DNA of 63,441 bases, counting the filler, from Sphacelaria rigidula (lineage: Eukaryota): NCBI GenBank assembly GCA_964200075.2. It is 9 parts of 9 records of this genome, joined end to end, with 100 filler letters (N's around TTAATTAATTAA, not from the genome) between each part and the next. Parts side by side here need not be neighbours in the genome. Positions count along the whole stretch, not along the records: positions 21,182 to 28,141 come from CAXNAA020017196.1; positions 28,242 to 35,201 come from CAXNAA020017197.1; positions 35,302 to 42,261 come from CAXNAA020017198.1; 6 more parts are not named here. The stretch is one strand, 5' to 3'. The notes beneath the pieces are model-generated. The model saw only the letters and a list, made by a program, of their open reading frames with translations, was not told the DNA's origin and did no database searches. Below are positions 23,051 to 35,639 of the stretch, one piece after another. Position 1 is the stretch's first letter; each line of letters opens with the position of its first letter. A program made the position numbers and the translations under genes.

Positions 23051-23124
23051 TAGATGTACAACATATCCACTGAGCTCAACAGTCAGCGCTGACTGTTGAG
23101 CTCAGTGGATATGTTGTACATCTA
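23051..23124. repeat. 74-bp perfect palindrome
   Basis: TAGATGTACAACATATCCACTGAGCTCAACAGTCAGC|GCTGACTGTTGAGCTCAGTGGATATGTTGTACATCTA. Confidence 0.97.
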
Positions 23125-23151
23125 GCGCCCATTTGTAGGGGGTTGCTTTCA

Positions 23152-23250
23152 AATACGTGAGAGGACCGCGTGCTTAGGGTACCGCATCGGAATTAGAACA
23201 GCCTTGTACCTACAGTTAGGATTAGGGTTAAGGTTGGTGTTGGGGCTTGT
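23152..23250. mobile_element. Repeat family with terminal AATACGTGAGAGGACCGCGTGCTTAGGG and internal TTAGGG-like motifs (also 18815-18905, 24320-24440, 24680-24863)
   Basis: The same ~35-bp end motif occurs in both orientations next to CCCTAA-type repeats. Confidence 0.65.
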
Positions 23251-24861
23251 TGGAATATATATGGCTATCGTGGCTCGTGTATAAAATACGCGGTAATCGA
23301 TCGTCAACCTGACAGGGACACTTGGTTCAACTGGTGAACCCAGCCTCACCAAGAGAGCTCGCTGAGGCTGAACACTGTTGGTTAAACACTTGCTTGTGCG
23401 ATGAAAAAATATAGCTAAACTCGCCACTCCATCCTGGCGTTACTCAAATCAAACACAATCAGTCTCTAATGCATAGAATACTGATAACAAGCTGGTAGGC
23501 TTGCTTGAGGTGGGTCGCTTCGGAGAGTGAATAGCGTGGGGCTATTTCCCTCTGTCGATAAAACTCTTGGACACTATAAAACTGTTCATCCAAACTGTTG
23601 ATACCCCAGACTCTTCGTACTCAACCCTTCAACATTCTGACAATATGCTGGCTGTTTGTATACGGCCTATACAGTACATGAACTATTCATCACTCTACGG
23701 CGTGAAGTGATGATTTTCAAGGACCCGATTTTGATTGTCCCTCCATAACTTCTGACTGAGATCGAGTAAAAAAGAACAGCTTCGGGACGCCCGCAGCAAT
23801 GCGCAAAAGGGTAGCGAGTCGCCAAAAAAAGCAAGGAAAGAAATGGTGAAAAAACAATGATGCTCGCGGCGGGTCTCGAACACACGACATTGGTCCTAGA
23901 GCAACATTCCCCCCATATATTTTCGTACTCCGGAATTGTTTTTCTGCTTCTTGATCGATTTCGACCTGGAGCCAGGCATGACTGGGTTCAGAACCAGGTG
24001 ATCTAGAATCAGTTTTTTTGCGAGGATTTCATTTATTTTTCTTCGACAGAGGTGGTGGAGCCCCGGCAAATCGAGATTTACTGCTTCCCCCGCGTTTTTG
24101 GCGAAACAGTATATTCGACATAATTTGTCACCAACATGTCTGTGAAACTCAAAGGTAGGTTTATTCGAAGGCCCTGATCCGTAGCGTTCGAATACTATCC
24201 ATTTTGTCGGGTAAACACCCTGGCTCTATAGAGAAATGAATCAAGTGGCCTTAACCGTTACTCGTCCTACCGCTGATTCGGGTATGTATATTCGGAACTG
24301 TTATTTCCCAACTTCCAACAGGGTTAGGGTCAGGGGCGTGGTCCTAGCAGGGACCGGCCCGATTGATTCGAAGAACGTCGATCCTGAGGTGTTTCAAGCT
24401 ACGATGTGGTCCCCTGAGCACGCGGTCCTCTTGCGCAGTACGACTCCAAGGTCGGAGTGGGGTGGAGCATGCTTCCATCAGAACGGGTTTTCGTCGCGGG
24501 TATCTGGATTTCCCCCTCACCCGGAGTGAGAGGGGTGGGGGGAGACGGGATGGGTATGGCAAGATTCGAACGCGTTGGGAAAGTACACGATCAGGTCTTT
24601 GAGACTCGATCAACAGCATGGTCGCCAAGAGAAACGTTTGGACATGTTTCCAACGTGCAATAAGTCATACATGTGCTAATAATGCGTGAGAGGACCGCGC
24701 CGCGGTTCTAAATATCGCAGGATCGACGTTCATGACCAGTTGGACCAGTCCCTGCAAGTACCACCCCCCTGACCATGACCTCATCTCTGACCGTAGCCCT
24801 ACTAACCAGAGGGATGTTCAGATTACGGTAGTGTCCTCTGCGCACCCGGTCCCCCCACGCG

Positions 24862-25500
24862 TTACACTAGCGTCGGACGAGCACGACCGTGACTCGTGAT
24901 TCTCGCGCGCTCGCTGATCTGCTTGTTGGGCGTTTGTGAAGATCTTCGAACACGCACTCCGTTGCTGACGACGAAGGCCTTCATGGGGCGGGTACCCTTG
25001 TCATTGCTCGCTGTGAAAAACTTCGTGGGGTGGGAACACGCGTCATTGGTCCTTGTGAAAGTATGACGTATGGGCGAACCCTCAACTCGTTGCTCTTGGC
25101 GCACGCCTGAAGTCGACAAAGCTACGGCGAAGCTGCTTGACAGTACTTCGCACCACCGCCTGCTCTCGCCTTTCGTTGGTGCAGCTCCGCTTCCATGATT
25201 GGATGCAGTCTAGGGGCGGGGAGGTCGCTGTACGGCACGAGCGCGGCTGACGCAACATGAGTGAAGTGTAGGCTAGAGAGCTCTCGCTGGCCGGTTGCTG
25301 GGGATTGGCAGCCATTCAATCGGCCACGCGTTGGGGGAATGTTCCAGCGTGTCCACTCGAGGTATATTGCTCGCTGTGGAATAAATGACGAACAACCTCC
25401 TGTCCGTGCACCTCGTCAAGACGTGATGGGAGCCAACGCTTGTTTTTTCCGAAATAATCAATCGGATGGGTTTCCACGTCTTTGTTCGCTGTGGAACATC
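24862..25500. mobile_element. LTR-like repeat (related copy 49082-49321, which has 43-bp tandem units)
   Basis: Shared start GTTACA..CGTCGGACGAGCACGA..GTGACTCGTG and repeated ATTGCTCGCTGTGGAA. Confidence 0.55.
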
Positions 25501-26602
25501 AAGAGGGCGCCGGCCCGAGCCCCACTCGATGTTGAAAAAGATGGAACCCGTTTCGACGAGGCATTACAAAACTGATGCGTGCGAGCTGTGCGTTCGGCCA
25601 AGTATAACACGGGTCGTGTGCGACGTTTCAGCCAATTCGAACGTTGGCGTGGAACACAAATATATGGCGCCATGAATCGTGTGTCCACGTCGTTGAACAG
25701 ACACGTTCCAGCTCATGTCCCCTCGGGGGTAGACGAGTACGGCACACCCACGTCGAACCGGCCCTGTTTTCATTGCCACTCACCCCCGGCGGCAACGTTC
25801 AGCCATGATACGCAAAGGGTACGGAGGCTTGTGAACTGTATTCGATTAGTTTTCAACGTACAAGTTGTTCAATGACGACAACGGCCATGATCATAGTCGG
25901 GTCTCACGTATCATCCGGCAGGCCCATAGGCGACAGTTTTATCCGGAGGGGGGGGGGGGGGGGGGCAGGACTTTCTCGTATGTTGTGCTACAGTACCCCC
26001 AACGATCATTCAACGACAATCACAACGTCTTACCCCATACAACGCATCATCTGACACACCTGGGGGCTACTGCGGCGGGGTTTGAAGGGAATGAATGCCT
26101 CTTTGAACACATTCCGCCAGTTATATCTCACAAGTTGCTCCGTGACGGCAACCACAGATCTTACGCTACACGAGCTACCATTCACATTATTGATCAACAC
26201 ACTTCAGTATCTTTCGCTATACAAGCCACCGTCTACATTTGTGACCAACATCTGTCCAGTCAACGCATCCTCACCTCCTTTCACACGTATACCCATTCGG
26301 AAAAGTCTACCGAAACGCAGGCTGACACATCACTACACGTACTCCCGACCAAACCGCTGCGGTTTTTTTGGGCAACTATGCAGCACCGAATTTTCATCTC
26401 CACGTGTACAGTCAACCAGGCACATCGGTCGAAACAAATACCCATCGCTCATGAGCACCAGGACTCGAGGAAGAACACAGCGGCGGCTCCCGGAAATCAA
26501 ACCGTGGGCGCTCGCCCAACAGGTCGACCTTCGCGAGGAAACCTACTGAGGTACAACTGCTCGAAGAGCAGTGGACTGTTCTTCGGGACCGTTTACGGCC
26601 CG

Positions 26603-27999
26603 TTAGGCGCCAGTCCCGGGTGCGTTACCGCTATTCCCGGGCGCGTTACCGCCATTCCCGGGTGCGTTACCGCTATTCCCGGGAGTCGCTGGCTCGGGCA
26701 TTGGCGTCGGACTCGGCACCGGGGTTGGTATCGCGGTCGGCACCGGGGTCGGCACCGCGGTCGGCGCCGACGTAGGTTCAGCGTTGAAAACGAGCACTTG
26801 AACAGCACAAATACTCGGATTACTGCAGATGACGGCGAAACTCTCCGGCGGGTTCCACTCGGGAGCGAAAGTGCCAAACCTGACCGGGGTGCGACCGGCG
26901 ACAACGCCATTGACGACCGCGACCACGAAAGGGTTCGTTTCGGCGACCTGCAAAGCCCGGCGGAAGATCGTCACGCTCTCGATCTGCACCCTCACCTGCG
27001 ATCCGTAGACGACAGCAGCGTTAGGGTCCATGGCAAATTGTCAGCGGTCGGGAGGCAGTCGGAGAAAGTATCATCCCCCCCCTACCTTGTCGGGCGTGCT
27101 CGGCTAGTGCAAAATGATGTTTACCCCATCACGGGGCATGAGGGCAAGAAAGTTCGACGGCAGAGGCCATCCCAAATCGCTGACCGCGATGCGCGGCAAC
27201 AGGCATAGCCCGGCCCGTATCCTTCTCTTCGGGAACGGGGACATACTGAGTCTCACCACCAAGGTTTCTACAAAACAACGTCGGCACCGCGGCACACCAT
27301 GCGACGCATGATATCCACTACGGTTCTCACATTGATCCCTCCCCCCAGCTGAAGACCGCGGGACGCCTCACTCTCCGCCGAGATGACGGCTCCCTCTCCT
27401 TCGGTCGTTTCCGTCAACCTCCGATTCGCCAACACAAGGAAGATGATCTGTCCAACAACCGTTCCATTCACGTCCACAAGGGCCACAACAATTGTCCGGC
27501 CGACTACCAGATCTATGATCTCGATAATTCCACCGCCAATCGCGAGGCCGGGAATTCCTATCGTTCGTATGGACATGCGCAAGGACAGCACGGTCGACGC
27601 AAACCGAGCGAGAGATTTTTCGTTACCGAGGCACATGTGTAAAACGCGCACGCGGTACACCCCGACTTGGCAGAACCTCAACGAATTCGACTCTGACCGA
27701 ACGGACACCGAAGCAGCTTGCGGAAGGAGTCACTCAGGCCGATGTGGTGTGGCGTTGCACAATATCATCAGGCACCCCTGGAATTACACGTTGCACGTCA
27801 AACCACATAAACATCATGAGACAGGCACTTGTTTCGACCCTCATCTCACCCGGGATCGGAAAGATGATGGCCAGCACTGGGGCTGGCGTCGGCTGCGGTG
27901 TCGCAGTCGGCGCCGGCGTGGCTGTCGGCGCCACTGTGGCGGTTGGTGCCGGTGTGGCGGTCGGGGCCGCTGTTGGTGCCGGAGTAAACTTCCTCCTTC
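26603..27999 (-). CDS. Pro/Thr-repeat protein with C2-like module; exons 27850-27999, 27331-27557, 26603-26995 (5' incomplete)
   Basis: Canonical YAG acceptors and GTGAG donors, a CTAAC branch site, and phase-compatible exons (1,1,0). PTAAPT/PTPVPT repeats; TNPFVVAVVNG..GRTPVRFGTFAPEWNPPESF..VQVLVFN; C-terminal PGNSGNA repeats; TAA stop. Confidence 0.8.
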
Positions 28000-30900
28000 C
28001 TGCAAGCGAAATGAACGGAGTACCCACACACGAAGCGGAACCACCATGGCGCGAGGGCGACGTGGGTGCAACGAACGCGGGTCAGGGCACGACCCCCAGG
28101 AGTTGTGGTGTGTGATTCCACTGCGACAGGTATGGTACACGNNNNNNNNNNNNNNNNNNNNNNNNNNNNNNNNNNNNNNNNNNNNTTAATTAATTAANNN
28201 NNNNNNNNNNNNNNNNNNNNNNNNNNNNNNNNNNNNNNNNNCCCCCCCCCCCCCCAAAAAGAGGGGGGGGGTTTTGCCCTTTCCCCCCCCCCAAAATCCC
28301 CCCCCCCCCCCCCTCCGGCCAGGTCGATTGTTCCTTTGTATTGAGGCATCAATGTACCTAGATCATATGCACTTTCCCGCGAAACTTGGAGTATTTTGGG
28401 CGCTATTAGCTGGAATGTTTTTCAGGCGAAATCTGGAATATTTTCGGACGAAAACTTCTACTTTTCCGGGAAAATGGGAGAGCAGGTTTTCTCATCCTGG
28501 TCAGGCAACAAAATAATTCGTAACTGATCACGGCTTGCGCCGAAGATCCATGGTCATTTTGTTTCAGTCGGAAAACAAGTACAAATCCTCCGAAAAAGTC
28601 GAAAACGCCTGAAAAAAAATCCCGTCAAGTAGTCCCCCTTCGAGTATTCTTGGAGGATTCACCCGGTACGGTTTTTGCTTCAGCTTCAACAATTCCCTGT
28701 CCAAAGTACGCCAAGCTGATTATTTTCAACCGTGTGGTTGCTCGGGCACTGAGCGTCTGAAGAAGAGCTGGTGCCCCCATGAAGCCGTTCAATCGCAAAA
28801 TGTATAAATCTGACCAGAGGTGAGTAAATCCGCGTCTCGTCGGGAAACGAGACGAAGCTGCGGCGTCGCCGCCGCGGAAAATGCACCTGCGTAACTCATA
28901 GGAGGTGATTGGGCTTGCCGTACAGGTACCGTAGTACGTGTCTTATCGTGGCCGTGTGTGCTTGCCGGGCTTTTTGCGCATCGCCTGTATCAGTTGCGTC
29001 GTGACGAAGCTGATGTCGTATACAGTAATGGCATGTTCGTATTATTAGAAGCGAATTCTATTATCGGAACGGGAGGTTTTTCGTTATATAATACACCAAG
29101 ACGGCCGAATCGTCCGAAACGGCCGTTACCCCCCTTTTGATAGCACGTGATCTGACGGCAATCTTTGGCGAATTCGCATTTAAAATCGGTGACGTCTTCC
29201 AGAAGATACGGCCGAAAAAAATGTATAAAAACTGTTTTCCCCTTTTTTCGGACCCATTTTTCTTAATAACTCTGCAAACGCCGGACAGATCATGATCCGC
29301 CTGAGAATTACTCCTTCTCAGTATACTGGTCCGGATCATGATTCGCATCATTCGGACCCCCCTTCCCATGTTTGCTCCTTACAGCGCTGGACGCCGAGCA
29401 CGCCGAGCAGCGCGATGGTTGCGCTGTAGCTTCTCTGACTCCATGGTCACATGTTTGTATTTTTGGACCAACTGATTCATGAGTCTTCATCGACCAGCTG
29501 TTGCAGACAGATCATAACCCGCCCGACGTGTGTAACTCTGCACTGACGACGTCGATTTTGTTTTTGTTCGCGAAAAGTTTCTGCAGATCACGGGATTTCA
29601 GGGAAGGGCGGCCGTTTGGAACAATTCGATCGTCCTGTAAATCACACAAACACCCCCGTTCCGAACAAAAATCAGTTTTTCTCACCTCACGAAGCTGATT
29701 TCATATATAGTGCAGCTTGACGGGTGTATACGTCCCTTCCCCCACATCGGCTTGTGGAGAACGAGAGGTGTGTCAGGGTTGTCCCTCTGGCGACCGATTT
29801 GACTCGATGGTGTGTGTGCCTCGACCTTGTAGGTTAGTATGCCTTGCATGGTCTTCATCCCATCGGCAAGAATGGATCTGGTGGCATAGTATATACATCA
29901 TCGACCTGCGGATTTCCCATCTCTCTGTCCATGGAGAGTTTTTCCACGTGGCGCGGCTTGTGATAATGTTCAGCGTCATCTGTCATATTGGTACCTACGT
30001 CGCTGGTCGGTATCTTTTCCCGCAGTTTTCCCGCACTTGAGTGGAAGAGGCACTACTCCCGCCGCACAGAAAGTGTTGGTATTTTGAAGCTCCCGCGTCC
30101 AGTCCCGTCGTCTGCGGGGGAGGCGTATCTATAGCAGAAGAGTTTCTTACTCCGAAGTATTCCGAAAGGACGACGCAACACTCTATCCTACATTTTGCTT
30201 ATCAGAGTGATTCGAAATCGTTTAAACATCCTGCACGCCAACAAGATAATAAACGATTCACTTGTTGAGTTACACTGAATGAGATATTCGTTGGACGGCA
30301 TAACTTTCAGGATGCGGCCGAGTAGAGTACTTGGTGGGTTATATGGTTGGGTGGAACGCATCCTCGACATCGATGCGCCCACCCGATGTATACTGATATG
30401 TTGTAACAGACGCTACCCAGATATACATACTTTTACTGATACCATGACCAGGCAATATATTCGCGCCCCTACGGCCTCAATATATATATTTACTGACCAA
30501 TATATAGGCACCCACGCTGCCGCAATATAAAATGACCGGTCAATATGTTATCACCAATGCGACCCTGATGTATATTGGTCGTGAAGTATGTCTTCGCCCA
30601 CATTGCCCCAGTATATATCGACGAGGCATCATGTGTGCAACCCCCCGGTACCAATGTATATTGGGCGGGCAAAATATTTGCAGCCCCACGACACCAAAAG
30701 AATATATATATATATATATAGAAAATTTCGATCTCACGAGCGTGAAGCATTCTTTGTAACGAGGCGTCCACGAGATTTATTGATGATTTTAGTGTGCAAG
30801 TTCCTCCGCCCCCGCCCCGGGAGATGACTGTTTGGGCCAATGCCAATGCCAGGGGCCCGGTTAGCGCATTCGTGCTTTACTTTGTACGGAGGTACACATA

Positions 30901-31253
30901 CATGCGTTCGCGACCGTTCGAACGGGCGCGTGATCGCGGTGGTCCTGCAATGTTTCCGGTGGGTATGAACAGTTCGAGAGAGGATCTATTCTCACGAGAG
31001 CTTGGCAAGGCAAGAATACCGAGACCCTCGAAAAAGACGGACGGGACCGGGGCGCTGCCCCGGATCCCGTGCGGCTTGTATATATATATATATATATATA
31101 TATATTGGGCGCGTAGTACATGTGCAGTCTAAGGATACCAACGTATGTTACGCCGGCGATATATCGCGATATTCCAATATGATCGACTAATATATATTGG
31201 GAACATCTTGTTTGGTCCAGGGTGTGAAACACTTATCGACTGCAGAACTGTTA

Positions 31254-31890
31254 GGTACGCCCGAGCACCGGGCCCTGCTGCAACGTCTTCGATGTCTGCC
31301 CCGGACTCGCGTCTGGTGGAGGAGGTGGCCGCCACTCGTGTCCAGGCCTTGCCCAGTGGCGTGAAGGCGAGGGCGACGACCGCCTCCGCCGCCGTGGTCG
31401 CCCTCGCCTTCACGCCACGGGACAAGGCCTGAACACGAGTGGCGGCCATTTCTTCCAACAGACGCAAGTATGGCGCAGGCGTCGAGGATGTCGTAGCCGG
31501 GCCCGTACTCCGGCGTACCCAACAGCCGCGTCGCCACTCGTGTCCAGACATTGGCCCGTAGCGTGAAGGCAGGGGCGGCGATGGCGGCGGACGCGGTCGC
31601 CACCATTCGCGTCCAGGTCATGTTCCATGACGTGAAGGCAAGGGTGGCAATGGCGGCCGCCCTAACCTTCACGCCACCGAACAAAGGCTGGTCAAGAGTG
31701 ATGGCGACTGCCTCCGCCTCCATCGCCGTCGTCTTTTTCACGCCACGGATCAAGGCCTGGTCACGTGTGGCGGCGACTACCTCCGCCGCCATCATCCGCC
31801 GCCATCGTCATCCTCGCCTTCGCGCCTCAGAAGGCCTGGACACGATGGTGGCAGCGGTGGTCGCCGCCACTCGTGTCCAGGTCTTGCTCT
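31254..31890. repeat. GC-rich array of about 8 IQ-motif-like units in mixed orientation; 265-bp foldback at 31254-31519
   Basis: Unit GCCACTCGTGTCCAGGCC..GGCGTGAAGGCGAGGGCG occurs on both strands and translates to AATRVQALSRGVKARA. Confidence 0.75.
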
Positions 31891-32094
31891 ACATGGGTAA
31901 CGCGTGTTTGTCCTGGGTGAGCTGTCGCGCGTAGCTCATCTGTACGTGTTTGACTACATATGAGCTACAACCCGCAGATGAGCTAGCTCACGAGCTGTAC
32001 GACGTTCGAAGTATTGAACTTCAATATTTCCCTCGAAGGTGCCTCCGAGAGATGCCATTTCCCGCAATTCCGAACACCATCGAAAAGGTTTGGT

Positions 32095-34290
32095 TCCCAC
32101 GAAACGTTCATGTTCACGTCACCTTTTATCACGTAATTTGTTTTTTTACGTACCCCTTACGTCACACATGTCAGGTTGATATCATTTAACATTACTTTAA
32201 CGTTTCATTTGGATTAACATCCCGTTCACGTTACGTTCAGCACGTGAAAAAAATTGACGTTACATGTTGCGTATTATGAAACGTTTTATGTAACATGTAA
32301 CGTCCAATATAACGCTACGTTGACACGCGTAACGTTCGAATGTAACATTTTATTAGAGAGGTTTGGGTTCAAAACTTGGGATTTGAGGCCAGGATATGAC
32401 GACTTTCCCGAGTTAAACCCCGAAACCTGAACCCTGAGAAGATACGTGCGCAGCAGCTCAGGATTAATTTCAATTTTTCAAGTAAACCCTGAGTTGCTCA
32501 ACACCACAAAGCGTTGGTGCCCAACCCAGGGTTCGGAAACGGAAGTAGACACCCAGCCCCATAACGACCAAGGTTACAGGACACAGCCGTAGGACAAATA
32601 TCGTATGTGGGGCGATGATGGCGGATGCCGTGAACGCCCGTGACAACGCTGGTGATAGCACAGCCCGTTCACGAGGGTGACCCAAGACTACGAGGAAGAC
32701 CTAGAGGCGAACGGGGAAGTCGAAACACCAGTCGCCCTGGCTTACGATGACGCAAAAGGGCGGAAGTCGGCTGCTCAAGTAGCTACGAGGACTTGACAAA
32801 ATGGCCACCCAACGTGAAGCTCGCGCAGGTACATCACCGTTGGGTGGCCATTTTGTCGAAGTCCTCGTAGCGGCTGCATGAGTGGTCCACTTCCGCCCTT
32901 CCGCGTCATCTCTAGCCAGGTCGACAGGTGTCTCTGTTCCCCCGTTCGCCTCCGCGCAGCTACGATTACTGCGTAGTGAACTTTCATCGAGAATGACTGT
33001 ACTTTCTCAAAATATGCACACGCACACACACAGGCATGTGCACACTTGTACGACAGACAGTACAGTACAGATCACTTACTATACATAACTGTCCACAGAC
33101 AGTGCGACAGTACAACTCTCAACTGTCACAACTTGTACTAGTGCTGTACCACACACCGACTGGTGCAGGACTTGTGAATGGCTAGCGGGCGCCGAGGTGC
33201 ACTGCCTGTGTGCCGAACGCTGTGTACTGGGCCGAGATCGTACCCGGGGGCTGCGTTGACGATACCGTTGTCGCGTATTCAACGGTACGGGGACAGCACA
33301 AACAACCATAGCCATGCTACGATAGGACGGGGGGTATTTTGGGCCATTGCTTTCACGAAATTCATCTTCGAATCATCGTTGTGAGAAACAAGGATCGTCC
33401 GAACGCGCGTGTTACCGATAAATATCTCTCATTCATACTGCTTGACGCCGTTCTACCCAAATACAAGCGCACGGCAAGTGCGTCAGGTTGTGAGAAGCAC
33501 CTATTATTTTATGACTTTTTTTTTCCTGGAATCAAACACCCAACCTATCGTAGCACGGCTCTGTACATGCTCTTCCGCGCTGTACGGGTAGCACCGCATG
33601 GGTGGGCGCAGAGTACAAACGCAGAACAGCACGGCGCGAGTCTTACCTCTTCAACTCGTGACACCGACCACGTGGCATTCGGAACAGAAAATACTAAACC
33701 CTGAAAACTTGGCGACGGTTCACGCCTACGTGGTAAAACAGAATAAAAGCAAACCTGAGGTTTAAGCGTAAATAATCCAGTCGTTTCTCGCTTATCCCTG
33801 AGTTCTGTTTTTTTTGTTCCCGCGAAACTCTCTTCACCAGTGTTCAAGGCGTCGTAACGTGCCGTGCAACGCGTGACGTCACCGTGTACATGACGCTGAA
33901 GTACGATCTTCTAGGATTTTCAAATTGATTGCAAACTTGAAGTGTCAAAGCTTCATGTAAGGTGTCTATAATCTTTCATATCACGTGTAACGTAACATGA
34001 AATGTTTCGTGTAACGTGTAACGTCTAATGCACGTATAACGTGTAATAGACGTTACACGTCACATGAAACGTTTCATATTACGTGTTAAGAACGTTGGGT
34101 CAATTTTCCGTTAACGTGACGTTACGTTACGTTACGTATGTCACGTTAAAAAACTTTCACGTTACGTTAACGTTTCATTCGAAAATATAACGTTACGTTC
34201 ACGTTACATTCATCACGTAAATGTCTTTAACATTCAGGTTACGTTTCGGCCAAAACGTAACGTGTGACGCTGTGGCACGTGTAACGTGTT
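32095..34290. repeat. Two ACGTTAC/GTAACGT-rich tracts (32095-32350, 33850-34290), possibly subterminal arms of one non-autonomous DNA element
   Basis: Dense short ACGT-core repeats. The termini could not be resolved. Confidence 0.4.
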
Positions 34291-35302
34291 TATCCCTAAC
34301 GATTTTGAACAAAATTGCCCCCCATGAACTTGAACGGGCGTTTGAAATCGTCTCGCGATGTTGAACGCGTGAGGAACCGTTCAAAATTACGGGAAGAAAA
34401 TGGAGTGTGAGACATGCCATGTTTTACTGTACTACAGCACACACTCAGGCCTCTCATGTACTTCATCTTTCACTGTACTGTGTTGGGTTTGGACCTGGCC
34501 AAACTTGTTTGATCTCTGCTGGAATTTCCTGAGCAGGTACGCTGTTTCGCGTAAAACAACGGTCGTTGGCACGTAGTGCTGGCCTGTCCAACTCGAAGAT
34601 ACTAAAGCAAATGTGTTTGTTGATGTTGTGTTTTTCGCAACGAGCAAGGCGCTTCGTGGTCAGAGCCATGATCCCTGTGCTGTAGGTGACGCGGTAGTGT
34701 GGTGCGCTCAAACATTACGAACACGGTTTGGCCTGCGCCGACGACTGCGTGAACTGCTGTATTGTTGTGTCCAGGTCGATACACAAGTCCAGACACTGCC
34801 GATAATGTCATGATGGTGTGTTGGATGGATCGTGTCGTCTGTAAAACCAACAACGCGCGCTTCATGCCCACACCCATTATTTATATGCTGTGGTCGTCGC
34901 TTTACCGTGGTGGGTTTGAACCTTACGAACACGATTTGATCTGCTCTGGAGATTGCCTGCTGCGTTTTTTGCCGCTGTGGTTCTTTCTGTACAGAATCGG
35001 GGTGGGAACGAAATGCTGTCGACGCGAAGTTGGGAAAGTCACGTGATGACCGTGCAGCCGTCATGTCTTCTTCGGGTGCTATTGTACAGGTGCACAACTC
35101 GTAGGTCACGCCCACTTGATGCATTTGCAACGTCAATTTTGTGCCACTAAGGCCGCTTCCTATAATAAACAAAAATAAAAACCCGGAAAAATGTATTTTT
35201 GNNNNNNNNNNNNNNNNNNNNNNNNNNNNNNNNNNNNNNNNNNNNTTAATTAATTAANNNNNNNNNNNNNNNNNNNNNNNNNNNNNNNNNNNNNNNNNNN
35301 NC

Positions 35303-35577
35303 TTTCAGCGATGGTGCCCAATGTCTCTCTTGTCCGCCTAATGCCCCTCGACCGCGTAAATACTTCTTCAGCGTATTTTACCGACTCTATGAGCTTACAG
35401 CACTGTCCGAAACCGTCATTTCCCCTGATTTTTTAGGGGGTGGGGGTGATATCAGGGAAAACGGCGGTTTCGGTCAGCGCTGTAGGCTCACAGAGTCGGT
35501 AAAATGCGCTGAAGAAGTATCTACGCGATCGAGGGGCATTAGACCGACAAGAAAGTCATCGGGCACCATCGCTGAAA
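35303..35577. mobile_element. Foldback MITE with ~125-bp arms (may be cut by the fragment edge)
   Basis: TTTCAGCGATGGTGCCC..CCCTGAT / ATCAGGG..GGGCACCATCGCTGAAA. Confidence 0.85.
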
Positions 35578-35639
35578 ATGTGGAGAACGTACTGTTTTGG
35601 GCTTGAACCTCAAGTCATTGATGAACCTCATTTTATAGA

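Noticed and set aside
25865..27208. 447-aa plus-strand ORF
   Set aside because: Largely the antisense shadow of the GC-rich minus-strand exon; no recognisable domain.
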